A DNA stretch of 64,000 nt. Origin: Octopus vulgaris (taxonomy: Eukaryota). The position numbers and the translations under genes were made by a program. The first letter of the stretch is position 1. Each line of letters starts with the position of its first letter. Below are positions 12,290 through 26,256 of this stretch, one piece after another. The stretch is taken from NCBI GenBank assembly GCA_951406725.2, contig OX597819.1:3100001-3164000 (forward strand), written 5' to 3'. The notes below the pieces were generated by a model, which saw only the letters and a list, made by a program, of their open reading frames with translations, was not told the origin of the DNA and searched no databases.

Positions 12290-13832
12290 AACTTAGATAT
12301 GTTTCGACCAAAGATTGGTCCAGGCCATGTCTAACTTAATAGCACCACCTGATAGGATTATCTGAATCCTGTTTAAGTCAAATTTTGTTTATGGTCCATT
12401 CAAGTAGTGAGTTTTTGTTGGGTGAGTTGTATCCAATTATGGGTGGCTTATCTGGTATTCCTTAAAGGAATCTATCCAGACTGCGTTTAAAGTTGATGGG
12501 ATCCTTTTCCTCTTTGATCTCTTTCGGGACAATGTTAAATTGGGCAGGGCCTGTTGAGGAAAAGAAATTATGTTGCAGTGTACATGTATGTTGTGATCCT
12601 GAATTGGGCAGGGGATGTATGGCCTGTGGTCCCAGTCTTGGATGAACCTTGAAGCTAATGTTCAAGTCGTTTGGGCAAAGTTGGCGGTATATTCTCCACA
12701 TCGTACAAATGATGTACCGCTCACGGCGACGCTGGAGAGAGTAGAGTTTCAAGGCTTTAAGGTGGTCCCAATAATCGAGAACAGCCATGCCTTCAATTCG
12801 TTTAGTGAGTGCCCTCTGGGGTGATTCAATCCTCGAGATGTTTTGTCTTGTATGGGGAGACCACAGTGGGCAGCAGTATTCGAGGTGTGGCCGTACAAAG
12901 GAGGAGAAAAGTGGTATGATGACACCTTGTTCTCTGGACCGGAAGGTTCTTAAGATCCAGGAACTCATCCTACGAGCTATATCGACCTTATTGTTGATGT
13001 GTGCACTCCAACTGAGATCGTCATCAACAATTACACCCAGGTCTCTGATATTGTTAGAGGCTGTGAGCGGTTCCCCTGAAGGAAGAGAGTATGGCTATTT
13101 TAGTGAGGATTTTCTTCCAAAATGCATCAGCTCAAATTTTCCGTCGTTCAGTTGCATTTTGTTTCTGTCTGCCCATTGACTCACAGCATATAGATCAGAC
13201 TGGAGTTGAGTTCGGTCTGCTTCTTCATTGATGATTTGCTGGAGCTTAGTGTCATCAGCAAATATTTTCACTTTGCAGTAATGTACGACACTGGAAAGGT
13301 TGTTTATGTAAATTATGAAGAGTAGCGGGCCCAAGACAGTCCCCTGGGGGACACCGCTGGTGACTTTTGCTGGGCTTGAGTGGACTCCATCGACTACAAC
13401 ATGTTGCGTTCTATTCGCCAGGAAATACTTAATCCAGTGTAGAACTTTTTCACGGATTCCAACATTTGCTAATTTTGAGAGTAGAATTTTAAGGTCAACC
13501 CTGTCGAATGTTTTACTGAAGTCAAGATATATGACATCAGAGTTCGAACCTGTTTCCAAGGCTTTAAGTATATCACAGTAAGAGCTGTGTTAGACAGTCC
13601 CTGCCACAGCGAAAGCCATGCTGATTTGCATTTAGGAGTTTGTGGGTCTCCAGGAAGTCAGCTATCCTTGATCTTAACACTCTTTCAAACACTTTAATGA
13701 TGTGGGAGGTGAGTGAGATTGGGCGATAGTTGACTGCAAGGGATCTGTTTCCCTGTTTGAAAACCGGGATGACAGACTGTGATAGAAGCTGTTTCGGTAT
13801 ATCACCTGAGTCTAATGAATTTCTCCAGAATG
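12290..13832 (-). mobile_element. 5'-truncated CR1-clade LINE, reverse transcriptase pseudogene
   Basis: NYRPISLTS, QHGFR, YLDFSKTFDRV, SGVPQGTVLGPLLF, FADDTK, VRPHLEYC and LYSLQRRRER across frameshifted ORFs. Confidence 0.92.
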
Positions 13833-13848
13833 TATGCATGTATGTATG

Positions 13849-13896
<48 letters not shown>

Positions 13897-15158
13897 AATT
13901 GAGATAGGGGTTGTAAATGCAACCCTCCATGGGATAACATATATCCAATATACTGCTAGTGAAGTACCCAACAAAGTTAATACATAAATGTTAAGAATTG
14001 CGATACAATTAATTCATTTATTGTATTATATGGGCAAAGGTAAAATGCACCAGACTCCAGTTTATTTTGGATTGGCTTCTATGGCTGGATACCCAGCCTA
14101 ATACCAGCTGCTCCACAGAGTGTACTGGGTGTCTTTTACATGTCACTGGTATGCGTGCTGTTTACGTGTCACTGGAATGGATGCCTTTCCAGTGTCATTG
14201 GTACTGACCACAATTACAATTTCACTTAGCTTAATGTGTCTTCTAAGACAAATTGCCAAAAGTATTGGTCACTTATCGCCTTATTGCGACTTAACGTCTG
14301 AAGATTGTATTGCACCACTTCATCTCACCATTTCCTGGGTCTACTTCTTCCACAAGTTTCTCCACATTTAGAGATCTAATTTTCCATCTGGACAGCAAAC
14401 AAATTTTCGGATAACGATCTTGAATTAGGTGACAACAATACATTTATAATCATAAACAAACCTCAAATTTTCAGCTTGTATCAGTCAGTTAGAAATTCCA
14501 ACTTCCTCCGTAACTGAATCGTCAAGTTTTCTTGAAATTGTTATAATGTTGGTAGAAATATTTTAATAATGTAAGAATCTCTCAAAGCTGAAAAAGAATT
14601 GTTTTTAGTCTTCGTGATTGTAAGTTCTGTTTCCGAAACCATGTTATACAAGTTATTCACTCTGTTCATGAAAATGTTGATATCCATATAAGTTAAATGT
14701 CAGTAAATATCTTTAGAAAAGGAAGCAAATGTCTGTTGTGCTACTGTAATGAGTTTTATATATATATATACTCTCTAATGTCAACATGGAAATAGTACCT
14801 AGATAAAATCTTAATTATATGTTGGTGTTAGATGAAGTTTATGGATATACTAAGACCAATTATCCACTGAATATATTAATAGATTGGAGCAAAGCATAGA
14901 CAACATAGATATTTTATTGAGATATTTTCCAATATTCTGAGGAATCTAATAAATGGTTTTTATGGAAATATTATATATTCTTTCATTTTTCGGGAAAAGA
15001 CCTAGAAAAAAAAACCTAGAAGCAGTTTTCTTGCCTTAAGGAGAATATTCATCCCCTCTCTCATCTCATAGTAATCTCCCTCTCCCCATTCTCGCTAGCA
15101 GGATTGATTTAATCCCATTCCATTAATTCCAAATTGTTTTCTCTGATCTTACATATTT

Positions 15159-16147
15159 AGGCACAAATGTGGCTGTGTGGTAAGAATTTACTTCTGCTAC
15201 AGCATCAAGCTAACCGAAATCACGTCAGTGGATTTGGTAGAGAGAAATTGAAAGAAGCCCATCACATGCATGCAAGCATGTATGATGCTTTGTCTTGACA
15301 TTGCATAATAGTTGTAAATGAGCATCACTGTCATACAGTGTCACTCAGATCCACATTTCTGCAAAAATATGTTTGGTTATGGGAAAATATTGGGTTGTCT
15401 GGAAAGTTTGTGCTGATTTTTAAAGGAAAGAAAAAGGTCAATAAATATTTGCTATTACATTTTTAATCAACCAAATATGAACCATTTTGTTGCACAATGC
15501 ATCTTCATCTTTCCTTTAACTTGAAAATACCCTCTTCCCAGAATTGAGGTGGTTTCATGGTAAAGAATTCATCAAGGTATATTGTTACGTCATCCAATTT
15601 TCACCATTAAGATTATTCTGCGGAGACCTGAATAATTGGAAATCCGAAAGAGCAATATCTGGTGAATACAGAGGGTGGGGTAACATATCCCAGCCAAGCT
15701 GCAGTAATTTTTGTCTGGTTCCCAAAGCATCAAGTGCCAAAAATGAACTTTCTCATCTTCCATTTTAAAAGGTTACAGACTTAACACAGGTTATAGGAAC
15801 ATAAACCTTCTTCCACGAAAAGATAGCTTAAACTGTGCTCTAAATGGAGGTGTAGTCAAATCCTATTTTATAGACTCAACCAATTTCTAAAATAAGTCAA
15901 AAGATAAGCTGCTATAAATCGGCACAAAATTTCTGGACAACCCAGTATTTCCATGTGCTTGGACACAGGTGAGTATTGGTGACAGGAAGGGCATCCAGCC
16001 ATAGAAAATCTGTCTCAAGAAACTCTGTGTGACACATTCAAGCCAAATCTGACTGGAACCTGTGCAGCTCTCTTGCTTGCCAACTCTGGTCAAACTGCCC
16101 AACCCATGTCAGCAGAGAAAATGGAAGTTAAATGATGTTGATGATGT
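15159..16147 (+). mobile_element. CORE-type SINE with RTE tail, split by a mariner insertion
   Basis: The left part ends GGGAAAATA and the right part resumes collinear with the intact copy at 10385-10775. It ends in GATGTTGATGAT. Confidence 0.7.
15390..15945 (-). mobile_element. Mariner internal-deletion derivative
   Basis: ~30-bp TIRs (TTGGGTTGTCTGGAAAGTTTGTGCTGATTT) with TA on both sides. The minus strand reads MEDEKVHFWHLMLWE joined to LPHPLYSPDIALSDF and CIVQQNGSYLVD*. Confidence 0.88.
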
Positions 16148-16384
16148 ACATACAGTGCACTATGAATTAATTAAACTAATTGTCAAAATATTAATCTTTA
16201 ATAAATGAAGAACTTCACCTTCTACAATTGCTTCTAGTACATGCACAAGGCCTGAAATTTTATGAGGAGAGGATCAGTTGATACCATCAATCCTGAAAGA
16301 ATGAAAAGCAAAGTTGATCTTGGTGGGATTTGAACTTAAAACAAGACCTGGCCACCACAACGGAATTGAAATCCTAAAACTAAA

Positions 16385-16570
16385 GTGCCATGTAAAAAGC
16401 ATCCTGTATACTCTGTGGAGTGGCAGGCATTAAGAAAGGTATCCAACTGTAGAAACCAAACCAAAACAGACTATGGAACGTGGTATGGCCCCTGGTCTTG
16501 CCAGTTCCTGTCAAGCCATTCAACCCATGCCAGCATGGAGAAGAGATGTTAAATATTGATGATGATGAAC
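16385..16570 (+). mobile_element. RTE LINE 3'-tail fragment
   Basis: GGCATTAAGAAAGGTATCCAACTGTAGAAAC...AACCCATGCCAGCATGG...(GAT)n. Confidence 0.75.
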
Positions 16571-18602
16571 ATAAAAGGCCAGAACAAATACTAAAATGCA
16601 TTTTTTACAACACTATAATAATTCTGCCAATCTCTATCAAAATTCTTTACTCTTAAATCCTAAGGAGTAAATTAAAGACAAATGAATAAATAAAATTAAG
16701 GTAGTGAATATGTTTATCTAAAGGAGATTGAAATGGTGTGTGCTACTTCCTTAATTTCCTGCAGTTCATCTTTTTTTATTTTTATTTTCTGAAGAAGGCT
16801 TAACTTCCCGTGTAACTTGTTACTAAGGTCAAAATGATCCAGACAAAATGATCAAACAGGGTTTTTCAATTATGTTTCCATACCTTAAAATTAATTTTCT
16901 TTTCAGTCTAAAACTTTTGTTCACTTCAATACAAGCAATGTCCTACATTTTCAGCTGTCTGAGAAGAACCCGTATGGACATGGGAAATACCACCTTACTG
17001 GGGAAACTGATGAGGGTTTGCAATAGGGAGCACATTCAGCCATAGAAAACCTCCTTCAATGAATCCAGTCCAACTCATGCAAGCATGGAAAAGAGAACAT
17101 TAAAAGGATGATGATGAAGCTAGCTACTTGTAAAGCCACAACATAATAATATCAGGTTTTTAGACCAGAAAGTTGGAGGATGATGACGATGAATTACTGT
17201 AATTTGACTGAATTTTATATATACGTAGCTAGTGAGATGATACAGAAAGAAAAAGGATTTAAATTGGAATAAAATTATTTAAATTTCTAGAACAGCAGGA
17301 AATATCATTTAATTCTATCTGTCTGGCGTTAGCATGTTTAAATTATTTTATGATAACATCAAATACTGTTCACCTTACCAAAGGATGGTGTTTACATGAT
17401 GCTAATTGTTTTTGATATTGCCTGACATTTCTTTAGTCTGAAATTTGTCATGAATTCAAACCTACATCCGTAATTTATAACTATTTTGGCATTATGACAA
17501 TGCATATATTTTAGAAATTGCAAGTTATAGCGAGTCCTGTTTATTTTATATAGCAAACTGTATGTAAATTTTCAAAAGAGCAAAAATAAGTAGAAACTTA
17601 TTTTTTTAACAACCTTTCCATACATCAAGAGAAAAAGACAGGCAAACGAAACACTGAATAACAGTAAAGACATTTTTAGTTCATTTTTACACTATAACTT
17701 ACTTAAAAGAAAGTCAAGACTAAGTCTCTCACTAGTTGAAGTCTGGGGTCAAAAAAGTCATCTAATGATCAAAATTTAACTACCTGTGAAGGAAATTATT
17801 ACATGGTATAGAGGTTGTTTTATTCACAGTTAGAAAAGCATGCAAAATACCTTTGAAGGGAAAAATGTTTAAATATAATAATTAATCTAGGAGCAAAACA
17901 GCTGACAAAGCCTGAAAACAAAAAGATGAGGAGATTAGAGGGAGCTTAGCTAATACAAAAGTGATAATTTAAATGGAATGAAGAAAATATTGCTAATAGG
18001 GAGTTGATGGACACATAGAATGAAATAGAAGAACAAAAGAATAGAAATAGTAAAATGGGATAGTAGAGTCAACCTATTGTCATGGTGTCAACAGCTGCAA
18101 TGGTGCAGCTTGTTCCTTGGGAGCCTTAGTGTGACTAATGTTCAGTTTTGAAAACCTGTTTGTTGATGTCTGTTGGAAAATGTGTTTAGGAAGGAATTAC
18201 AGAAAATTGCTGTTTTGAAACGGGAGATTTAGTGCAGTAGGATATATGAATTGAGATAGAGGAAATGTTTAGTTGGTAGGACACAGGAAGTGAGATACAG
18301 ATGTGATGGGAGAAGTGGAATGACCTAGGTGTTGTATCTAATATATAATTTTCACATAGGTATAAGGGCCTGCAAAAGTTTATGGGTACTGTCCTTCTTC
18401 CTCTAATTAAAAAAAAAAGAGGTTTATAATTATAAGAAGAATTAATGAAGCACCGTGGAAATTTAAAACAGACAAACTGAAAACTAAAAACAAAGGAACT
18501 GAAATATACAGAACTCTTCAGAAAAATGCCATTGCATAAAAAGAGACTAGCTTAACATAGGAATTATTGCAATTTTAGTGAATACTTTTTTATCATTTAT
18601 TT

Positions 18603-18800
18603 TTTTTTACTGCTCTCAGTATTTGGACTGTGGCCATGCTGGAGCAACACCACCTTGAAGGGTTCAATTGAACACACTGATTGCAGCACTACATTTTTAA
18701 AGTTTGTTGTTTAGTCTATCAGTGTCTTTTACTAAACCACTCAGTCACAGGGGATGTAAACAAACCAGTACCAAGCAGTGGGGGTGGGGTGGAAGCAAAT
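18603..18800 (-). mobile_element. CR1-tailed SINE, 3' part
   Basis: CTGTGGCCATGCTGGAGCA and GGGGATGTAAACAAACCAG match the 7267-7450 segment. Confidence 0.6.
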
Positions 18801-18959
18801 ACAAATGCAAAGTCTCTCTCTCACACACACAATATATATATATATACACATATATATGTGTGTGTATGTGTATATATATATATGTATATAGGTAAATAAA
18901 ATGAGACCACAAAGCAAAGGCTGTGTGGAATTTTCAGGATTTTTATAAAGAGAAAGTTA

Positions 18960-19007
18960 GTCTTACAGCTGTTTCTGAGATATTAGGGAAATCCCTTCAT
19001 CAGAGAC
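18960..19007 (-). ncRNA. Minimal type-I hammerhead ribozyme motif (Penelope-like)
   Basis: Minus strand: GTCT-CTGATGA-A-GGGAT(loop)ATCTC-A-GAAA-CAGCTG-TA-AGAC. Stem I is GTCT/AGAC and the stem III region is palindromic. Confidence 0.7.
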
Positions 19008-19237
19008 GATGTGAGATGGTTAAATAGAGGGAAATATTAGAGTTGAATATGAGGAGTTATTTTGGAAAAGGACGCAAATAAGGAGTATGTAGGGAAATAG
19101 GAGAATGAATGTAGAAATAAAAATGAAAATGTATAAAGATGTTATAGCTGCAGTTCCATTATCCAAAGAAAGTGGTGTGTGGGAGGGGTAGGAATGCTTC
19201 TTGTCCATGGTATGTAAATTCTAATAGGAGTTCATAT

Positions 19238-19449
19238 CTTGCCATGCTAGCATGGGTTGGACAGTTCAACCGGGGTCTGGGAAGCAAGGAGGCTGTACCA
19301 GGCTCCAGTCTGATCTGGCAGAGTTTCTACTGCTGGATGCCCTTCCTAACACCAATCACTCCATGAGTGTAGTGGGTGCTTTTTACGGAAGCCAGTCAAG
19401 GTGGAGCTGGCATCAGCCACGTTCGGATGGTGCTTTTTATGCGCCACCA
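19238..19449 (-). mobile_element. RTE LINE 3'-tail fragment
   Basis: Collinear with 21255-21540. Confidence 0.85.
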
Positions 19450-19494
19450 TATATATATATATATATATACGGTGCCACGTATATATATATATAC

Positions 19495-19535
<41 letters not shown>

Positions 19536-19541
19536 ATATAC

Positions 19542-19573
<32 letters not shown>

Positions 19574-19587
19574 GTATATATATATAC

Positions 19588-19618
<31 letters not shown>

Positions 19619-19631
19619 CGTATATATATAC

Positions 19632-19667
<36 letters not shown>

Positions 19668-19679
19668 GTATATATATAC

Positions 19680-19713
<34 letters not shown>

Positions 19714-19800
19714 GTATATATATATATACGTATATATATATATATATATATATGTGCCACGTATATATATACGTGTATATATATATATATATATATATAT
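19450..19800. repeat. (TA)n-derived tract punctuated by TACG
   Basis: Read directly. Confidence 0.95.
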
Positions 19801-19892
19801 TGGAAGGTTTGGAGATGATGTACAGGTATTTTATATTAGAAAAATATAATATATATATATATATTTATATATATATACACATATATATATAT

Positions 19893-20195
19893 GTATCACG
19901 TGACTGACCAGGCTATCAGATGTTGCTACACATTGCTGGTGACAATGCGCTTTGCATTGTTTTAGCCTTCAATGATGCCACCCCGCTGGCTAAGCGAGCA
20001 GGCCAACAAAAGAAAGAGTGAGAGAAAGTTCTGGCGAAAGAGTACAGCAGGGGTCGCCACCACCTCCTGCCAGAGTCTCGTGGAGCTTTAGGTGTTTTTG
20101 CTCAATAAACACTCACAACTCCCGGTCTGGGAATCGAAACCACGATCCTACGACTGCGAGTCTGATGCCCTAACCACTGGGCCATTGCACCACCA
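19893..20195 (-). mobile_element. tRNA-derived SINE (well-preserved head)
   Basis: The rc head GGTGCAATGGCCCAGTGGTTAGGGCATCAGACTCGCAGTCGTAGGATCGTGGTTTCGATTCCCAGACC has A and B boxes and runs on into a ~230-bp body. Confidence 0.8.
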
Positions 20196-20196
20196 C

Positions 20197-20227
<31 letters not shown>

Positions 20228-20583
20228 CATATATATATACATATATATGTATGCATACATATATATATATACACATATATATATACACACACACATATAT
20301 ATATACACATATATATATATGTATACACACAAATATATATATACACATATATATATACACACATATATATATATATGTACACACATATATATATATACAC
20401 ACACATATATATATATACACAAACATATACATATATATATATACACACATATATATATATACACACATATATATATACACAGATATATATATACACATAT
20501 ATAAAAATATACACATATATATACATACACATACACATATATATATACATATATATATACATATACATACATATACATACATG

Positions 20584-20615
<32 letters not shown>

Positions 20616-20638
20616 CACATATATACACATATACATAC

Positions 20639-20678
<40 letters not shown>

Positions 20679-20778
20679 ATACACATATACATATATATAC
20701 ATACACATATATACATACACATATATACATATATATATATACACATATATACACATATATATATACACATATATACAC

Positions 20779-20809
<31 letters not shown>

Positions 20810-20813
20810 CACG

Positions 20814-20847
<34 letters not shown>

Positions 20848-21075
20848 CACACATATATATATATACACACATATATATATATATACACACATATATATAT
20901 ATATACACACATATATATATACATATATATATACACATATATATACATATATATACACACATATCTATATACACACACACATATATATATATATATACAA
21001 ACACACACACACATATATACACACATACACACATATATATATATACACACACACACATATATATATATACACACA
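20197..21075. repeat. (TA)/(CA) compound tract
   Basis: Read directly; source of the long IY/HT ORFs. Confidence 0.95.
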
Positions 21076-21183
21076 CCATATGGATAACACCATACAGAAT
21101 TCTGGTGCATCTAAATTAAGTACCATATTCATTTGAATCAAAATTTTTGCTGAACTTATAAATATATATATATATATACATTT

Positions 21184-21226
<43 letters not shown>

Positions 21227-21229
<3 letters not shown>

Positions 21230-22200
21230 TCATCATCATCGTTTAACGTCCGTTCTCCATGCTAGCATGGGTTGGACGGTTCGACCGGGGATCTGGGAAG
21301 CCAGAAGGCTGCACCAGGCTCCAGTCTTATCTGGCAATGTTTCTACAGCTGGATGCCCTTCCTAACGCCAACCACTCCGTAAGTGTAGTGGGTGCTTTTT
21401 ACGTGCCACCCGCACAGGTGCCAGGCGAGGCTGGCAACGGCCACGGTCGGATTGGTGCAATTTACGTGCCACCGGCATGGAAGCCAGTCGAGGCGGCGGC
21501 ACTGGTATCGGCCACGATTCGGATAGTGCTTTTTATGTACCACCAGTCCAGGGGTCCTGGCATCTGCCGGGTGCCAGTCATAGGATTGGTTCAATTTCGA
21601 TTTCGATTTCGATTTCACTTGACCCAACATGTCTTCGCAAGCAAGGGGGTTGGCATGGGTGCCTGTCGTCGGATGAGGTTTGATATCGACTTCGCTTGCT
21701 TCAACAGGTCTTTGTGTCTAAGGGAGGAAAGGCATGCATAAGTGGGCTGGGCTCACTTGTCCTGCCTGGTCTTCTCACGTACAGCATATTTCCAAAGGTC
21801 TCGGTCGCTGGTCATTTCCTCAGTGAGGCCTAAAGTTTGAAGGTCGTGCTTCACCACCTTGTCCCAGGTTTTCCTGGGTCTACCTCTTCCACGGGTTCCC
21901 TCAATTGCTAGGGATTGGCACTTTCTCCCACACCTATCTTCATCCATTCTCGCCACATGACCATACCAGCGCAGCCATCTTTCTTGCACACCACAACTGA
22001 TGCTTCTTAGGTCCAACATTTCTCTCAAGGTACTAACGCTCTGTCGAGTATGTACACTGACATTACACATCCATCGGAGCATACTGGCTTCATTCCTCGC
22101 GAGCTTACGCATGTCCTCAGCAGTCACGGCCCATGTTTCACTGCCATGTAGCATGGCTGTTCGTACACATGCATCATACAGTCTGCCTTTTACTCTGAGC
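21227..22200 (-). mobile_element. RTE-clade LINE 3' end (ORF C-terminus, 3' UTR and (GAT)n tail)
   Basis: ORF to the stop at 21753 contains MLHGSETW, LRWYGHVARM and GRGRPRKTW. The 3' UTR ends AACCCATGCTAGCATGGAGAACGGACGTTAAAC(GAT)n. Confidence 0.92.
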
Positions 22201-22353
22201 GATATATATATATATATATATATACACATTTGTTTATATATATATATATATACATTTGTTAATATATATATATATATATGACTTTATTTACACCCACACA
22301 CACCTTTGTGTGTGTGCATACATTTATATATACATTTGTATATATATATATAC

Positions 22354-22451
<98 letters not shown>

Positions 22452-22477
22452 TTATATATATATATATATATATACAC

Positions 22478-22549
<72 letters not shown>

Positions 22550-22550
22550 T

Positions 22551-22587
<37 letters not shown>

Positions 22588-22644
22588 TTGTATATATATA
22601 TATATATATATATACACGTTTGTGTATATATACGTACGTTTGTG

Positions 22645-22700
<56 letters not shown>

Positions 22701-22767
22701 TTGTGTGTATACATATATATACATTTGTGTATATATATATATATATACATTTTTGTGTATATATATA

Positions 22768-23190
22768 TCTGGAAAATCCTGGAGGATCTTGTCCCAAACT
22801 TTGGCATTCAAAGTTACCCCAACCGCAGAACGGGGCGCCACTGCATGTTGCCAAAGATTCCAACATCACCATCAAAATACAGGACCAGATACTGCAACAG
22901 CTTGGGTTTCAGAGGACCACAGCTCTTTAACATCCTCCCTAAATGCCTAAGAGACTTACATGGTGTGGATGTGAGTTTCTTTAAAACTAAACTGGATCTC
23001 TTCTTGTTGAGAGTCCCAGATGAACCTACCTCACGACAATAGATGCAGATGCGGGCAGCAGCATCGAACTCCCTTGTTGATCAAGTGCCACGTATCAGAG
23101 GTGGATTCACATTTTAGTGTAGCTCATTGAGCGGTGGTGCCCCAGCATGGCCACGGCCTTCGGGTTAAAACATTTTTAAGGATTTAAGGA
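22768..23190 (+). mobile_element. CR1-clade LINE 3'-terminal fragment
   Basis: [13 protein letters not shown]...GPQLFNILP...[14 protein letters not shown], followed by tail GGTGGTGCCCCAGCATGGCCAC and (TTAAGGAT)2. Confidence 0.88.
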
Positions 23191-23338
23191 TACATTTTTG
23201 TGTGTGTATATATCTATATATATATATATATATATAAGGATTTAAGGATACATTTTTGTGTGTGTATATATCTATATATACATTTGTTTATCTATATATA
23301 TATTTAGATACATTTGTGTAAATATATATACACACATT

Positions 23339-23377
<39 letters not shown>

Positions 23378-23588
23378 TTGTGTATATATATATATATATA
23401 TATATATACATACACATTTGTGTATATATATTTATATATATATATATATATATATACATATATACAATTGTATATATACATATATACATTTGTATATATA
23501 TATGCACATTTGTATATACATATATATATACATATATACATTTGTGTATATATATATATATATACATTTGTATATATATATGCATATT

Positions 23589-23619
<31 letters not shown>

Positions 23620-23810
23620 CATACATTGTATATATATATGCATATTTGCATATATATACCTTTGTATATATATATATATATACATACATATATATATATA
23701 TACATACATACCACACAACCACACCCGCACCTATGTATACATGTGTGTGTGTGCGTTTCTGTGTGTATATATGTGTGCATGTATATATATATGTGTACAT
23801 ATTTCATGTA

Positions 23811-23882
<72 letters not shown>

Positions 23883-24325
23883 CACATCTACACATATACA
23901 TGTATACATATAAATCTATACATAAACAGCTATACATATACATGTATACGTATACATCCGTATATATACATGTATACATATACATCTATATACACGTATA
24001 TATATACATCGATATGTATACACATATATACATCTATATGTATACACGTATATATATACATCTATATGTATACATGTATATACAGACATCTATACGTATA
24101 TATACATGTATACATATACATCTATATACACGTATATATATATACATCGATATGTATACACATATATATATATATACATCTATATGTATACAAGTATATA
24201 TATACATTTATATGTATACATGTATATACATACATCTATATGTATACATGTATATACATACATCTATAGATACATCTATAGATGTATATACATACATCTA
24301 TATGTATACATGTATATATATATAT

Positions 24326-24365
<40 letters not shown>

Positions 24366-24490
24366 ATATATACATTTATATATATATATTTGTGCAGATG
24401 TACACACATACACACACACACACTCACACACACATATATATATTATATATATGCTTGTGTATATGTATGTATGCCTGTATATATGTGAGA
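23190..24490. repeat. (TA)-derived tracts punctuated by CATTTG and CATCTA/CATG
   Basis: Read directly. Confidence 0.9.
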
Positions 24491-24496
24491 TAATAG

Positions 24497-24744
24497 TTTC
24501 AGTATTAAAGTGAAACTATTAAAGTGAAAGTATCTGACATTACAATAGAGAGATATAGTGGAGAAGGTATGATATTGCCGTGGGCTCACACTAGGCAAGA
24601 AGCTAAAAATTTTGTTTGGCTTATGACACTACATGGACTAAATAAGGCATGTGTGAAATTTGAATGAAATTGCTTGTATAGTTTTCAAGTTTTAGGGATT
24701 CACACAGACAAACAGACGTTCTCATCAATATATATATATATAGA
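24497..24744 (-). mobile_element. Helitron-like 5' fragment
   Basis: The minus strand starts A|TCTATATA... and is collinear with 11221-11466. Confidence 0.55.
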
Positions 24745-24763
24745 TATGTATGTATGCACATAC

Positions 24764-24817
<54 letters not shown>

Positions 24818-24825
24818 ATATATAC

Positions 24826-25016
24826 CGTTGCCAGTGCCAGTGGCACGTAAAAGCATCCCACTACACTCTCGGAGTGGTTGGCATTAGGAAGGGCATCCAG
24901 CTGTAGAAACTCTGCCAGATCAGATTGGAGTCTGTTGCAGCCATCTGCTTCGCCAGACCTCAGTCAAATCGTCCAACCCATGCTAGCATGGAAAGCAGAC
25001 ATTAAATGATGATGAT
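24826..25016 (+). mobile_element. RTE LINE 3'-tail fragment
   Basis: GGCATTAGGAAGGGCATCCAGCTGTAGAAAC...CCAACCCATGCTAGCATGG...(GAT)n. Confidence 0.85.
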
Positions 25017-25027
25017 ATATATATATG

Positions 25028-25098
<71 letters not shown>

Positions 25099-25934
25099 GG
25101 TGGCTTAGCAATTTAACAACCTAAAGGCAAATTAATAGAGGTCACTAAAGTGACAGATGTACTAAGTAGTACCCGCTGTCACTTTAGAGACCTCTCTCTT
25201 TCTATATACATATATACAATGAGCTTCAACACACTTTCTATATAGAAAATTATGTCACAAGGCTTGGTAGTAGAAAATAAATTCTTGACAGTGGAAAAAT
25301 TCAAGCAAAACTGATCCTGAGTTATCTAAAACAGATATAATCTTGTATCGGGAGAGCCTGCATAGCTATTCGAATTTATAAAGGAGACTTTGCGCTTCAT
25401 TTATTTCTATACAAAACGTTCTGAACTAGGATAGTCCAATAAATACTTTATGCCACTCCTGTCATTCACCTAAGCATATTTACACTTTTTGTTATACCAA
25501 TAGAAATGCTATCAAGCAGGTGTTTCTACTGTTGCTAGTTTGAGTAATTGAGTATATGATCTCATGCCTTTATTTACACCCACACACACCTTTGTGTGTG
25601 TGCATACATTTATATAATATATATATATATCATACACATACATATAACTATACTGTTCAATGTATTATTTCTTAATGTAGGAAGTTTTGACAATTTATGG
25701 TGATTTACGTCAGAAAAGTTATGACATTATGAATTGCAGGATAGGTGATAGGAGGAAGAGTTACCATATATACATATATATGTATGTATGTATGCCACCT
25801 CTTCCTCCTATAGAGATAAAACCACTATCATGCAATTCAAACAATGATAGACATAAACCAAAACATAAATAATATATAAAATATATTTTTATAAAACATA
25901 TAACTAGATCACAAAAAGTATAAAAATAAATAAT

Positions 25935-25978
<44 letters not shown>

Positions 25979-26256
25979 TTTCTGTAAATAATATTTTTTA
26001 AAATAATATTATTTAAAAAATATTATTTACAGAATTGTCACTCATCACAAGAAACACACATATATACATACAAGGTAAAGGTAAGGTAATGACCACCTTC
26101 GGTCATGAATGACCATGGGACTGCACCATTCATATATTAAGCAATAGAGTGTATATATTATTATTTATATGATAGTATTGTCTTATGAAATGATTTAGTA
26201 GCATTAACTTGGTGTCTTAAGACTTTAATATGAACATTAATAATAATGTTCATAAA

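Noticed and set aside
17379-17437. Minus-strand exon candidate with tttcag and gtaagg sites
   Set aside because: All three frames contain stops.
20125-20195. tRNA gene on the minus strand
   Set aside because: It continues into a repeated SINE body and has no proper acceptor stem.
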